This document shows, in pieces, positions 1-9,531 of a stretch of DNA of 32,000 nucleotides. The first letter of the stretch is position 1. Each line of letters begins with the position of its first letter. Below the pieces are notes generated by a model. The model made no database searches, was not told the DNA's origin, and saw only the letters and a list, made by a program, of their open reading frames with translations. The stretch comes from Acaryochloris marina S15 (GTDB taxonomy: Bacteria; Cyanobacteriota; Cyanobacteriia; Thermosynechococcales; Thermosynechococcaceae): positions 1,740,001-1,772,000 of the forward strand of contig NZ_CP064923.1 in assembly GCF_018336915.1 (NCBI RefSeq), written 5' to 3'. The translations under genes were made by a program, and so were the position numbers.

Positions 1-203
1 CCATATTTCCAAGCAAATAACCCCACATAACCATCGCAATGGGCCACATCTGCCAAGCACTTCTCCAGCGGGGGGTGTTGTCCCGATGCGACATAATCTT
101 CCATAGCCACCACCTCCATTCCCCCCTTGCGGAGGATTGACGTGACCGCAATTCGATAATCCTTTAAGTCGCTATAGGTAGAAGAGAGATAAATTTTAAC
201 CAC
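1..203 (-). CDS. DUF4062-like domain protein, N-terminal 67 codons only (gene continues beyond the left edge)
   Basis: Not in the ORF track because there is no stop in the window. Reverse-strand translation from GTG 203..201 gives VKIYLSSTYSDLKDYRIAVTSILRKGGMEVVAMEDYVASGQHPPLEKCLADVAHCDGYVGLFAWKYG. An in-frame TGA lies at 212..210 and GAAGG just upstream. The pattern (I-Y-L-S-S-T-x-x-D-L ... E-K-C-L ... Y-V-G-L-F) matches my recollection of the DUF4062 N-terminal module. Confidence 0.5.
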   Translation of the reverse strand, partial: MVKIYLSSTYSDLKDYRIAVTSILRKGGMEVVAMEDYVASGQHPPLEKCLADVAHCDGYVGLFAWKY

Positions 204-925
204 AAGCCTTCACCCAAAACACCCCATTCCAGTCATCATTTGTGGCCTCTGATCCGAAACGTTGAAGTTATAGACCAGAAGCCAAATGGATCAAAGCCAT
301 AATCACCCGTTAATCCAGAGAAAAGCAATCTTTCCTCCATTAAGAATCACAAATATTCTATTGGTGCATTTCCATCTGGAGTGTTGAAAAGATCCACTGA
401 GAACGCTGACTATTGCCTTATCTTCCATAATGTATAGTCATGTCTAAACAATCGCTTTTATCCTTATGAGCAAAAGGCTTTGATCTAAATCACCTTGGTT
501 CCTTAAGTTCCTGATTAGGCTTCCGATCTTCCCTGGAGAAGCCGACTCAGGATCGCGATAGTGCAGGTATGAAATCCATTTAGGAACCGATCATGTTTGC
601 ACCATTTGTTGTCAGATTAGACCATGTTCTTGGCCATCAGCGCTTTATTCGATTACGGGGACAAGCCATTGCGACTCATACCCAAATCATCAATCAGTTT
701 TGTGATTCAGTCGGGCTAGAGCGGCCTTGTCGCCAACATCTGATCAAAGTTGCCCATCACAACGGCAAAAAGCTCGGGTGACTTGCCTAACCCTTGTGAT
801 GCCCATCACTCAGTTCATCTATGGGTATCACAATTTGATTGGCATCAGATCACGGCTATTTCCCGTCATCTAAACCAGCATAGATAGCATCAAGTTCAAT
901 CCTCCTCTGAACCCGACTTTCTGTT

Positions 926-1111
926 ATGAATCGGCAAACTCGACTTATCCAATATCTGCAAGATGAACTAGCCCTTCCCCAGGATGCACTTTCTTTAGCC
1001 ACTCGGTTTCAAGATCGCACGGCTACTCAGATTCCGATCATTCTTTGGCAGTATGGTCTAGTCAATATTGATCAATTGGGCCAAATTTATGACTGGTTGG
1101 CTTCTGTCTAA
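926..1111 (+). CDS. small cyanobacterial protein, DUF2949-like
   Basis: 61-aa ORF. LIQYLQDELALP ... PIILWQYGLVNIDQLGQIYDWL resembles the conserved core I recall for DUF2949 (LWQYGLV..eQL..ifDWL). A hairpin plus T-run follows downstream. Confidence 0.6.
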   Translation: MNRQTRLIQYLQDELALPQDALSLATRFQDRTATQIPIILWQYGLVNIDQLGQIYDWLASV

Positions 1112-1223
1112 ATAGCCATACTTTTTTGCCGCGTTTTAGAAGTATCTTGACGACTCCCTAAACATTATTTTTACCCTAACTGCTTTCTAGTTTTTTACTT
1201 CATTCTTCTCGAACCAACCATCC

Positions 1224-1272
1224 ATAGTCAGTATTATCACGACCGTAATAATACTGACTATTTTATTTTTAT
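1224..1272 (+). terminator. candidate intrinsic terminator downstream of the DUF2949-like gene
   Basis: Perfect 14-bp inverted repeat atagtcagtattat (1224..1237) / ataatactgactat (1248..1261) with a 10-nt loop, followed by tttatttttat. The stem is AT-rich, so strength is uncertain. Confidence 0.4.
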
Positions 1273-1527
1273 CCCCTCAATAATCGCTATCCCAAGTTCC
1301 CCATACAATCACTCCGTAAATTCACGATTGTTCTCTCCAGTAAAGACTTGCGACAATAAGCACATATCTGAATCACTCCCCAGCCCTTCCTTCTGTGTCC
1401 CCCATTTCATTGTTTTGCCCTCAACCGCTCAACCTCGTTATTCGTCGTCCTATTCTCTATAAAAATTGAATATTTATAACCGGCACCATTATTCCCGCAA
1501 TTTATCTGTTCGCAGAACCTTTTGACC

Positions 1528-2943
1528 ATGGATGCTGAAAATTTGATCCGGTTCAGCCCGCTGAATGTTTTGCCGCGCAATCAACGCCTATTGAGTGGGT
1601 TGGTTTGCGGATTAGATTTATTCGTCATCCTCAGTTTCTTGTGGATGACGACTTTTGCATTTGGACCCGTCAGCCCCGATGGGCTAAAGGCCCTAAGTGC
1701 GCTGCTGATGTTGATCGTGCCTACGATCTTTCAGGGAGTTGGGCGCTATACCTTTCAGCCTGCTAATCCTCCTAAGCTAGACTACTCAAGAATTTGGTTG
1801 GGATGGGGATTAGTCATCGCAGCCTTACTGTTTCTGGGATATATGAGCCACACCGCTTATGTTGCTAGCCCAGGGGCTCGTCTTTGGTTTGTCTTATCCC
1901 CGTTGGGGCTATCTCTCCTCAATCCGATCATCAGTGGTCCTTTACAACAACGAGTATCAGGGGACTACACCCGTACCGCCATTATTGCTGGCACGGGAGA
2001 TATGAGCCAGCGAGTGGCCGATCAGCTTGGCCAAAGCCCTAAGTCAAGTATCAAATTCTGTGGATACTTTGCTGATCGGGATGCCAAGTTCGAAGCCGAA
2101 AGCTGCCGACCCCTGATTGGCTACCTGGATGAATTACCTGATTTTGTCCGCCGTTCTTGCATTGATGTGGTTTATATCACTCTGCCCCTGAGGGAAGAAG
2201 CAGCCATCTCAAACCTGATTTTAGCTCTGCAAGATACAACGGCCTGCGTCTATTTTGTCCCCAATCTGATGATGCTGAATTTGATGCAGGCTCGGGTTCA
2301 CGACCTCAATGGACTGCCGATGATCGCGGTCATGGAAGTGCCGTTTTCTCAGGTCCAGGCCTGGGTTAAGCGTGGTATTGATTTTGCGATCGCAGCCCTA
2401 ATTTCCATTGCTATTTCCCCCCTGATGGTTCTGATTGCCATCTCAGTTAAGCTTTCTTCCCCCGGCCCCGTTCTGTTTAAACAGCAGCGCTATGGCCTGA
2501 ATGGTGGCAATATCGTCGTCTATAAATTTCGCTCCATGCGAGTGATGGAAGATGGAGCAAAAGTCACCCAAGCCACCCAAGGCGATCCACGCATCACCAA
2601 AGTTGGGGCTTTTCTGCGCCGCACCTCCTTAGATGAGCTGCCCCAATTTATTAACGTGCTGCAAGGTCGCATGAGCTTAGTCGGTCCTCGGCCCCATGCC
2701 GTTGCCCACAACGAACATTACCGCAAACTGATTCAGGGCTATATGCTCCGCCATAAGGTCAAACCCGGTATCACGGGTTGGGCCCAGGTCAATGGCTATC
2801 GAGGCGAAACTGAAACCCTGGACAAAATGGAAAAGCGGGTTGAATTCGATATCCACTACCTCAACCACTGGTCCTTGTGGCTCGATATCAAAATTATTCT
2901 GCGTACCGCTCTCGTCTTCTTTAACGACAAAAATGCCTACTAG
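1528..2943 (+). CDS. polyprenyl (undecaprenyl)-phosphate glycosylphosphotransferase, exopolysaccharide-initiating sugar transferase (WcaJ/EpsB-like)
   Basis: N-terminal multi-pass hydrophobic region. The C-terminal bacterial sugar transferase domain reads SPGPVLFKQQRYGLNG..YKFRSM...DPRITKVGAFLRRTSLDELPQFINVLQGRMSLVGPRPH. ATG at 1528 is preferred over the track's TTG at 1522. Confidence 0.9.
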   Translation: MDAENLIRFSPLNVLPRNQRLLSGLVCGLDLFVILSFLWMTTFAFGPVSPDGLKALSALLMLIVPTIFQGVGRYTFQPANPPKLDYSRIWLGWGLVIAALLFLGYMSHTAYVASPGARLWFVLSPLGLSLLNPIISGPLQQRVSGDYTRTAIIAGTGDMSQRVADQLGQSPKSSIKFCGYFADRDAKFEAESCRPLIGYLDELPDFVRRSCIDVVYITLPLREEAAISNLILALQDTTACVYFVPNLMMLNLMQARVHDLNGLPMIAVMEVPFSQVQAWVKRGIDFAIAALISIAISPLMVLIAISVKLSSPGPVLFKQQRYGLNGGNIVVYKFRSMRVMEDGAKVTQATQGDPRITKVGAFLRRTSLDELPQFINVLQGRMSLVGPRPHAVAHNEHYRKLIQGYMLRHKVKPGITGWAQVNGYRGETETLDKMEKRVEFDIHYLNHWSLWLDIKIILRTALVFFNDKNAY

Positions 2944-3130
2944 CTCTGTTAAGTTTTCCTGAAAAAAGTTCCAGCAGCCAAACACCTGCGTTAAGCTTGC
3001 ACCCAAAAATGCTCGTGACTCAAATGGCTTTATTCCAAAGCAATGTTTTGAGCTAGAGTGTATCGGGTCAGTGACCGTTAACTGCCCTTTTTAGTCCGGT
3101 TTCGCAAGCACCAATCAAATAGGCAGAGTG

Positions 3131-4417
3131 ATGAGCACGTTAGCCAATCGCTACAAAATTATTAAAAATCTCGGCGAAGGTGGATTTAGCCAAGTTTACT
3201 TGGCTAAAGATTTACAGCGGGATGATCACCGTCGATGTGTGATTAAAAAGCTGCAGCCCAAATCCGATGATCCCTTCACGGTCAGAACCTCCAGACGTCT
3301 CTTCAAAACGGAAGTCAATGTTCTCCAAAAGCTAGGTAGCCATGACCGCATCCCCCAGATGTTTGTCTCCTTTGAAGAGGATCGGCAGTTTTATTTAGTC
3401 GAGCAATATATTACAGGCCAAGGGCTTAGTCGGGAGCTGACTTGGTGGCATTGGACCGAAGCTAAGACCGTCGCTTTTTTGCAGGACATCTTAGAAACCC
3501 TCGCGTTTGTCCATCGCAAACAGGTGATTCACCGGGATATTAAACCTGAAAATCTGATCAGACGCGATCACGATCAGCGGATTGTTCTGATTGATTTTGG
3601 CTCCGTTAAAAGTCGCCAGCAGTCTGGCCAGACCACCATCGTCGGTACCAAGGGCTATATGCCTCCCGAGCAGCTTCTGGGTAAACCGCGTCTGAATAGT
3701 GATGTTTATGCCGTCGGCATGATCGCTTTGCGAGGTCTCACAGGCATTAATCCGGTAAAAACTGAATTTCCCACCGATCCTGATACAGGCGAGTTCCTTT
3801 GGCAACATAAAACGGACGTCAGCCCTGAACTAGCCCAAGTTCTCAACACTATGGTCCGCCAGGATCATCGGCATCGTTACCCCTCAGCCCAGGAGGCCCT
3901 GCAAGCCGTTAGTCAACTGGGTGAAGTGCCAGCCTCGGGGCGCCGACGTCTGCTGCAAGCAGCAGGCTTAAGTGTGATGGGATTACTGGGAACAGGCATG
4001 GCCTATCCTGCCCTCAGCCAGGAACTCCCCAATCGCAAGCCATCTTCCCCTTTTCCTGCAGCTCCCACCCCAGAGCACCCTCCCACCCCGGAGACAAACG
4101 TATCTGTCGAGAAATCTGCTTCTCCCGTTGCCAAAGCGGATACCCCGAAGGAAAAAGAATCTCCTCTCGCTTCACCGGCTTTAGCCACGGCTCCTAAACG
4201 TCTCGACAAGCAAGAACTTTTGCGTCGATATGGTTCTTATAACGAGTGCCGTACCGTCGCGAAAGCCAACGGCATTAAGTTCGCGACCACACCCACCTGG
4301 GATAAGTTGGTCTATGCCTTTAGTTATTCTGAAGCCCTGCAACAAATGAGTCAGGTTTATCTCAGCGCCTATCCCAACCCAGCTCTAGCGGGCATCACCC
4401 TTGAGCTGACCTTATAA
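3131..4417 (+). CDS. Hanks-type Ser/Thr protein kinase with putative TM helix, Pro-rich linker and small C-terminal domain of unknown function
   Basis: Kinase motifs: G-loop GEGGFSQV, VIKK lysine, catalytic loop HRDIKPENL, DFG (IDFGS), GTKGYMPPE. After the kinase domain come a hydrophobic stretch LLQAAGLSVMGLLGTGMAYPAL, a P/T/S/E-rich linker and then about 70 aa that I do not recognise. ATG at 3131 is preferred to GTG at 3128. Confidence 0.9.
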   Translation: MSTLANRYKIIKNLGEGGFSQVYLAKDLQRDDHRRCVIKKLQPKSDDPFTVRTSRRLFKTEVNVLQKLGSHDRIPQMFVSFEEDRQFYLVEQYITGQGLSRELTWWHWTEAKTVAFLQDILETLAFVHRKQVIHRDIKPENLIRRDHDQRIVLIDFGSVKSRQQSGQTTIVGTKGYMPPEQLLGKPRLNSDVYAVGMIALRGLTGINPVKTEFPTDPDTGEFLWQHKTDVSPELAQVLNTMVRQDHRHRYPSAQEALQAVSQLGEVPASGRRRLLQAAGLSVMGLLGTGMAYPALSQELPNRKPSSPFPAAPTPEHPPTPETNVSVEKSASPVAKADTPKEKESPLASPALATAPKRLDKQELLRRYGSYNECRTVAKANGIKFATTPTWDKLVYAFSYSEALQQMSQVYLSAYPNPALAGITLELTL

Positions 4418-5932
4418 GGCTGAACAAACGACCCGGAATCCCAAATCATAGGTGAGGAAGCTAGAGTTGTTGTAACGCCGCTGAGCGGAGCGGCAGAGTT
4501 GCGGATTGGCTGACATGGAACCCCCTCGGTTGATTCGTCGAGCATCCCCTTCTTTCACCCATGCACTACCATTGGTCGGTGCCCCTTGGTAGCTTTCGTG
4601 CCACGTGTCCTGGCACCACTCGCTCACATTGCCATGCATGTCATGGAGACCAAAGGCATTGGCTGGAAAACTCCCTACCCCTACGGTTTTTTTGCGGTAT
4701 TGTCCTTTGGGGCCTGTGCCATAGGCGTAGATGCCCCAGTAATTCGCCAACTCCGGCGTAATGGTTTCTCCCATATGAAACGGGGTTGTGGTGCCCCCTC
4801 GACAGGCATATTCCCACTCGGCTTCGCTGGGTAAGCGATAATCCCGCCCTGTTTTCTGGGAGAGGCGCTGACAAAAAGCAACGGCATCTTCCCAAGACAC
4901 ATTGTCCACGGGGCGAGTCAACACTTTTTCCCTAGAAGGATTAGAACCCATAATCGCTCGCCACTGGGCTTGAGTGACTTCAAATTTCCCCATGGAAAAG
5001 GCCGGAATCGTGACCTGATGTTGGGGGCCTTCACCCCTTTCTCTTTCTAGTTCCTGGGCAGGAGAGCCCATTTTGAAAGCTCCGCCGGGGAGGCTCACCA
5101 TTTCCAGGGTGACGTCATCTCCCAAGCTGTCTTGAAAAACGGGAACTTTTCCTTCCGTTCGCTGCACAATTTTGCCTTGAGGATTGACCTCAACATAGGC
5201 AAAAGACGACTCTAGTGCCGTCGTGGCGACATCCGTTGACTGTTGCTCCAGGGAAAACAGAGAGACGGCAGTGTGAATGGGAATGGCCAGATTAAAGCCT
5301 GATTTGACGGCGACGTTCCCCACGGTTTGGCCTTCGGCTCGTCCGTGGATGCCTGCGACTTGACCTAAGCGGTTGAGGACGGGGCCGCCACTCATGCCGG
5401 GTTGGGTAACAGCGGTATAGGTAATGCCATAGCCCCCCGCTTGGGTGCCAATCGAGGTGACTTGTCCAGGGGAAATCGTATATTGGGGTTGGGTAATCGC
5501 CAGCCCTGGTAGTGGGAATCCGGCTACAAAAACTTCGTCTAGTTCGCTTAAGGCATTCTTCCCGGCCAGCTTGGCCACGGTATAATTATTCTTGCTGTTG
5601 ATGGTGACCAGGGCCAAGTCTACTGTTCCACCTGACTGCATCCCTGAAGTGTCAATCGGATGTTGCTGACCATCAAAGGTTTCGATGTAAGCTTCTTCTC
5701 CAGGATTGGTGTCTTTGAGCACATGACCTGCGGTTAAGACGTAGTAGGTATTCCCGGATTTACTGACCAATACTCCAGACCCAGCAGTGCCTTGGGTAAT
5801 CACCCGCACGGTAATTTTTTTCGCCAGGATTTTCAGGGTCCGACGATCTTGGGCCAGGAGCGAGCGTTGCCACAATCCGGCAGACAATAAGGTTCCACCA
5901 AATAATAGAAATTCCCTGCGTTTGAGTCCCAT
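4412..5932 (-). CDS. exported trypsin-like serine protease fused to a formylglycine-generating-enzyme (FGE/SUMF1)-type domain
   Basis: Tat-like signal MGLKRREFLLFGGTLL. S1-type triad context: LTAGHV, VDLALV, QPGMSGGPV. The C-terminal FGE-sulfatase signature reads RPVDNVSWEDAVAFCQRLS..YRLPSEAEWEYACRGG...GNVSEWCQD...RGGS. Confidence 0.85.
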   Translation of the reverse strand: MGLKRREFLLFGGTLLSAGLWQRSLLAQDRRTLKILAKKITVRVITQGTAGSGVLVSKSGNTYYVLTAGHVLKDTNPGEEAYIETFDGQQHPIDTSGMQSGGTVDLALVTINSKNNYTVAKLAGKNALSELDEVFVAGFPLPGLAITQPQYTISPGQVTSIGTQAGGYGITYTAVTQPGMSGGPVLNRLGQVAGIHGRAEGQTVGNVAVKSGFNLAIPIHTAVSLFSLEQQSTDVATTALESSFAYVEVNPQGKIVQRTEGKVPVFQDSLGDDVTLEMVSLPGGAFKMGSPAQELERERGEGPQHQVTIPAFSMGKFEVTQAQWRAIMGSNPSREKVLTRPVDNVSWEDAVAFCQRLSQKTGRDYRLPSEAEWEYACRGGTTTPFHMGETITPELANYWGIYAYGTGPKGQYRKKTVGVGSFPANAFGLHDMHGNVSEWCQDTWHESYQGAPTNGSAWVKEGDARRINRGGSMSANPQLCRSAQRRYNNSSFLTYDLGFRVVCSAL

Positions 5933-6090
5933 ATCCCTGAGTTTAATGGTGATTAACGGTAGACCTTGGCCGTGAGCGGCCTCGATTGCGGCTCCATTAT
6001 TCTATGCCAACCCTTCGCCAATCTCCCATCAGTAGCTGTTGTCACGATTTTTTAAGGCGACAGTAACCCTAGCTGATAAACAGCTTTTTT

Positions 6091-7302
6091 CTAAAGTTTT
6101 CGGGCTAATTGTTCTAAATGCTGTTGGGCTTGACTGTAGTACTTGAACTGTCGTTCATCCCGTCGGAATTCTGGAGTATGGACCCACCGACGCCCATTTT
6201 GAGTCCGACCTCCATGAATTTTATGCAGCAGCTCATGGTACATCACAAATTCAATCACGTAGTTGGGCAGTTGGTCCGAGTCCAGACTCAGACTCATGAC
6301 TACCCGATCCCGGCTGGGCTCATAATGACCAAATTTGCGGTTGCTGTAAACTTTGCTCCAGCAAAGACGGGGCTTTTTGACCTCTTGGTTAAAATACGCC
6401 TGATTCACCTGCGCAAAAACATCATCCAGATTGTAGACATTGCCTTGAGCCATATCTCTCAGATCATCCACCATCAGATCCAGGGCTAACAGCAGCTCAG
6501 AAAATTCTTCCGATAGGGAGTACTCCGTCATGATGGTCGAGGTTTTCGGAGTTTTGCCCAGCAACATGGAGTCGATTACCGCTTGCATGACATCCGGTTC
6601 GGCCAAAATAAATCCTTCGTTGATCCTAATTTTGAGTTGGGGAGGCTTAAATTGGCAGCGATATAGGGCACTCATGGGTGTGAATTCAAGCCTGAGATGC
6701 TTTAGCTCTTTGAATGGACGAGCACTGCGAGCAGACGATTGATTTGCCAAGGTTTGTTCAGCGATGGCTTTTGTTTGGCGAACAGCATAAGCATGCAGGT
6801 GGAGATGATCGTCACTCTGGAGAAATTTCATCCAACCGTAAATTTGTTGAGATTGTTGAGTTAAGTTTCCGGGTGTTGCTCCCTGGGCGGCACATAACTG
6901 CTCAATTTGTGCCGTTCGTTCTCCCAGCTGCTGAATCAGTCTGTTTTCGGCATCGGTATCGTCGGGAAGTAGATCGGCAATTCGGTCTTGAAAATACTGG
7001 AGCTGACTCCGAATTCGCTGGATGGAAATTTCCATTTGGCCCTGGGGTGAGCCTTGGTTTCTAGAATCGAATTCAATGATGGGTAAACGCTTGAGATTAA
7101 CCCCTTTCAAAAACTTGTAGGCATTGCGAGACGGTACTGGAAGTTGACTGGGTTTGATATGGGCCTGGGCACAAATTTGGTCTGTGGTCTGAATGGTCTT
7201 CACCACATACTGTTGAAAGGTGGAGACTTCGTGACTGGGGATGCCACTCTTGAGTTGATCTCTCACTCGATTTGACGCTTTCACTAATCCGCGAATTCTC
7301 AT
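6091..7302 (-). CDS. protein with C-terminal DUF45/YgjP-like HExxH metal-dependent hydrolase module and a long unassigned N-terminal region
   Basis: 403-aa ORF. The C-terminus is CWSKVYSNRKFGHYEPSRDRVVMSLSLDSDQLPNYVIEFVMYHELLHKIHG....HTPEFRRDERQF. This follows the WGSC...I.ln..L...P....yVvvHEL.Hl pattern of DUF45-type zinc hydrolases as I recall it. The first ~270 aa match no family I recognise. Confidence 0.6.
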   Translation of the reverse strand: MRIRGLVKASNRVRDQLKSGIPSHEVSTFQQYVVKTIQTTDQICAQAHIKPSQLPVPSRNAYKFLKGVNLKRLPIIEFDSRNQGSPQGQMEISIQRIRSQLQYFQDRIADLLPDDTDAENRLIQQLGERTAQIEQLCAAQGATPGNLTQQSQQIYGWMKFLQSDDHLHLHAYAVRQTKAIAEQTLANQSSARSARPFKELKHLRLEFTPMSALYRCQFKPPQLKIRINEGFILAEPDVMQAVIDSMLLGKTPKTSTIMTEYSLSEEFSELLLALDLMVDDLRDMAQGNVYNLDDVFAQVNQAYFNQEVKKPRLCWSKVYSNRKFGHYEPSRDRVVMSLSLDSDQLPNYVIEFVMYHELLHKIHGGRTQNGRRWVHTPEFRRDERQFKYYSQAQQHLEQLARKL

Positions 7303-7457
7303 GAACGGCTTATCAGTATGGACATGAGCAGAATAGCAGAACCGTTAAGCGCTTCAAGGGTGATTAACAACCCTCATAAGTTACCCACTCATGTGCCCGA
7401 TCGAACAGGGTCGATGAAAACCGCAGTTTTTTTAAGATATATGAAGTTATCTTCCTA

Positions 7458-8318
7458 TTGATCTGTTTTTGGGGTACTACCTCTACAACAGCTATTTGTG
7501 GGGAAAAGAAATTGGCGACGCAACATGACAGTCTGCATTACTATCTGAAGGAGATAGGGCGGTTTCCGCTGCTGACCCATGAGGAAGAGATTACCCTGGC
7601 TCGAAAAGTCCAAACGGGTAACCCTCGTGCAAAAAGCAAGATGATTGAGGCAAACCTGCGATTGGTGGTCTCGATCGCTAAAAAACATCAGAATCGGGGT
7701 TTGCCCCTCCTCGATTTGATTCAAGAAGGCAATTTGGGTTTGAGTATTGCTGTAGACAAATTTGAACCCGAGCAAGGCAATCGGTTTAGTACCTATGCCT
7801 ACTGGTGGATTTTGCAGGGGGTCACCCGGTCCTTGCAAAACAAAGGCCGTGTGGTCCGGTTGCCTGTTAAACATTGGCAAGTGGGCAATCAAATCAAACG
7901 GGCTCGCCATCAGTTGAGCCAAGAGCTGGGTCGAGAACCCACCATCGTTGAAATTGCCAACATCATGGAGATGGATCTAACCCGCTTGAAAAAGTATCTC
8001 CATAGCCTGCAAGAAACGGTGTCTTTAGACAAGTTTGTGGGCAATGAACAAGATACGACCCTAGGAGATCTGATTGAAGGAGGGGATTCCACCCAGTCCT
8101 ACCTCGATCTGCTCCTGCAGGATGAGGAATTGTCAGGGTATATGGCGTTGCTGGATGATCGCCAGCGATTCGTGATTTCTGAGCGGTATGGGTTGGACGA
8201 TGGCAAACCCAAGTCCATGGAAAAAATTGGCCAGAAGCTGGGTATCAGCCGTGAACGGGTGCGACAAATCATCAAAAAGGCGATGCAAACCCTAGAGAAA
8301 TGCGCTTTATCGGCCTAA
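7458..8318 (+). CDS. sigma-70 family RNA polymerase sigma factor (RpoD-related, divergent)
   Basis: Region 1.2/2: [72 protein letters not shown]. Region 4 HTH: [18 protein letters not shown]. There is no in-frame ATG upstream of region 1.2, so the start (TTG 7458 or a later TTG) is uncertain. Confidence 0.85.
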   Translation: MICFWGTTSTTAICGEKKLATQHDSLHYYLKEIGRFPLLTHEEEITLARKVQTGNPRAKSKMIEANLRLVVSIAKKHQNRGLPLLDLIQEGNLGLSIAVDKFEPEQGNRFSTYAYWWILQGVTRSLQNKGRVVRLPVKHWQVGNQIKRARHQLSQELGREPTIVEIANIMEMDLTRLKKYLHSLQETVSLDKFVGNEQDTTLGDLIEGGDSTQSYLDLLLQDEELSGYMALLDDRQRFVISERYGLDDGKPKSMEKIGQKLGISRERVRQIIKKAMQTLEKCALSA

Positions 8319-8344
8319 AAAAAGGGCATGGAAGGCCCATACCC
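8317..8344 (-). terminator. intrinsic terminator of recA
   Basis: On the minus strand: GGGTATGG (8344..8337), loop GCCTT, CCATGCCC (8331..8324). That is 8 bp (7 Watson-Crick plus one G-U). T7 (8323..8317) follows immediately. It lies 23 nt downstream of the recA stop. Confidence 0.6.
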
Positions 8345-8366
8345 CGATTCGTGTCTGTGGTGAAAA

Positions 8367-9422
8367 TTAAGCGGCTTCTTCCTCTACCTCTACTGCCGTA
8401 ATGGCATTGGCAGAGACTTCAGCTCCCAACTCTAATCGTTGACGCACCTGTTGTTCCACGCTTTCGGCAAACTCAGGATTATCGGCAAAATATTGGATGG
8501 TATTATCTCGGCCTTGACCAATATTACTGCCGTCGAAGCTATACCAGGCTCCCTTGCGAACGATGATATCGGTTTCTTCTGCCATATCTACTAAGCACCC
8601 CAACGTGGAAATCCCCTGACCGAATAGGATGTCAAACTCGGCAATGTGGAAGGGGGGCGCGACTTTATTCTTCGCTACTTTGACCTTGGCGCGGATGCCG
8701 TACATATCGGTGCCTTTTTTCAGGGTTTGAATCCGACGGATATCCAGGCGGACGGAAGCATAGAATTTGAGGGCATTCCCGCCTGTGGTGACTTCGGGAC
8801 TTCCGTAGGTAACGCCGATTTTTTGACGGAGCTGATTGAGGAAGATGACGGTGCTGCCGGATTTGCAAATATTGCTGGTGATTTTGCGCAGGGCCTGACT
8901 CATCAGCCGGGCTTGTAAACCCATGTGAGAGTCTCCCATATCCCCTTCAATTTCAGCACGAGGTGTCAGAGCAGCGACAGAATCGATGACGACGAGATCG
9001 ACGGCACTGGAGCGCACGAGCTGATCGACAATTTCTAGGGCCATTTCTCCAGAGTCGGGCTGACTGACGAGCAATTCCGAGACATCTACCCCTAAGGCAG
9101 CGGCATACACGGGATCAAGGGCATGTTCGGCATCAACGAAGGCGGCGACTCCACCGTTCTTTTGGATTTGTGCGATCGCATGTAGCGCTACGGTGGTTTT
9201 GCCTGAACTTTCAGGGCCATAGATTTCGATCACCCGGCCTCGGGGCAGGCCACCGCCTAAGGCAAGATCTAAGGTTAGGGCACCACTAGAGATGGTTTCA
9301 ATCTGCATCCGAGTGGCATCACCTAAGCGCATAATCGACCCTTTACCAAAGGTGCGCTCCACATTTTTCAAAACCAAGTCCAGGGCTTTTTGCTTTTCGG
9401 CTGAATCAGTGATGGCGGCCAT
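8367..9422 (-). CDS. recA: recombinase RecA
   Basis: Unmistakable RecA sequence: [27 protein letters not shown], Walker [66 protein letters not shown]. The track ORF is N-terminally over-extended. The start is set at ATG 9422 ([14 protein letters not shown]), giving 351 aa. Confidence 0.97.
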   Translation of the reverse strand: MAAITDSAEKQKALDLVLKNVERTFGKGSIMRLGDATRMQIETISSGALTLDLALGGGLPRGRVIEIYGPESSGKTTVALHAIAQIQKNGGVAAFVDAEHALDPVYAAALGVDVSELLVSQPDSGEMALEIVDQLVRSSAVDLVVIDSVAALTPRAEIEGDMGDSHMGLQARLMSQALRKITSNICKSGSTVIFLNQLRQKIGVTYGSPEVTTGGNALKFYASVRLDIRRIQTLKKGTDMYGIRAKVKVAKNKVAPPFHIAEFDILFGQGISTLGCLVDMAEETDIIVRKGAWYSFDGSNIGQGRDNTIQYFADNPEFAESVEQQVRQRLELGAEVSANAITAVEVEEEAA

Positions 9423-9458
9423 ACATCTCTCCAGAGATTTGGGGGGTGTTTGATTAAT

Positions 9459-9487
9459 ATAGTATACTTGTACTACTTGTGTGTCAA
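9459..9487 (-). promoter_or_regulatory. candidate sigma-70-type promoter of recA
   Basis: On the minus strand: TTGACA (9487..9482), a 17-nt spacer, then TACTAT (9464..9459). The -10 element ends 36 nt upstream of the recA ATG. Confidence 0.5.
9460..9475. promoter_or_regulatory. LexA-box-like palindrome in the recA / SRAP-dinB divergent intergenic region
   Basis: TAGTA-N6-TACTA perfect inverted repeat (tagtatacttgtacta). The minus-strand reading AGTACAAGTATACT matches 13 of 14 positions of the cyanobacterial LexA box RGTACNNNDGTWCB as I recall it. It overlaps the spacer and -10 of the candidate recA promoter. Confidence 0.45.
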
Positions 9488-9531
9488 CTTGGCACCAGGG
9501 TAAAAATTTACCTCCAGCACGGGAGGCTGCG

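Noticed and set aside
593-781. 62-aa ORF in the poorly coding left region
   Set aside because: It has no SD, no recognisable motif and a His/Arg/Cys-rich composition. The minus strand here shows only short fragments (for example ...LIDDLGMSRNGLSP*), possibly a decayed HTH gene. Evidence is insufficient for a call either way.
2520-3006. Antisense ORFs 2520..2711 and 2677..3006
   Set aside because: They lie opposite the conserved sugar-transferase domain, so they are most likely alternative-frame noise.
4561-4902. Four short ORFs on both strands inside the FGE-domain region
   Set aside because: They are overlapping frames of a strongly supported CDS (4412..5932) and have no independent signals.
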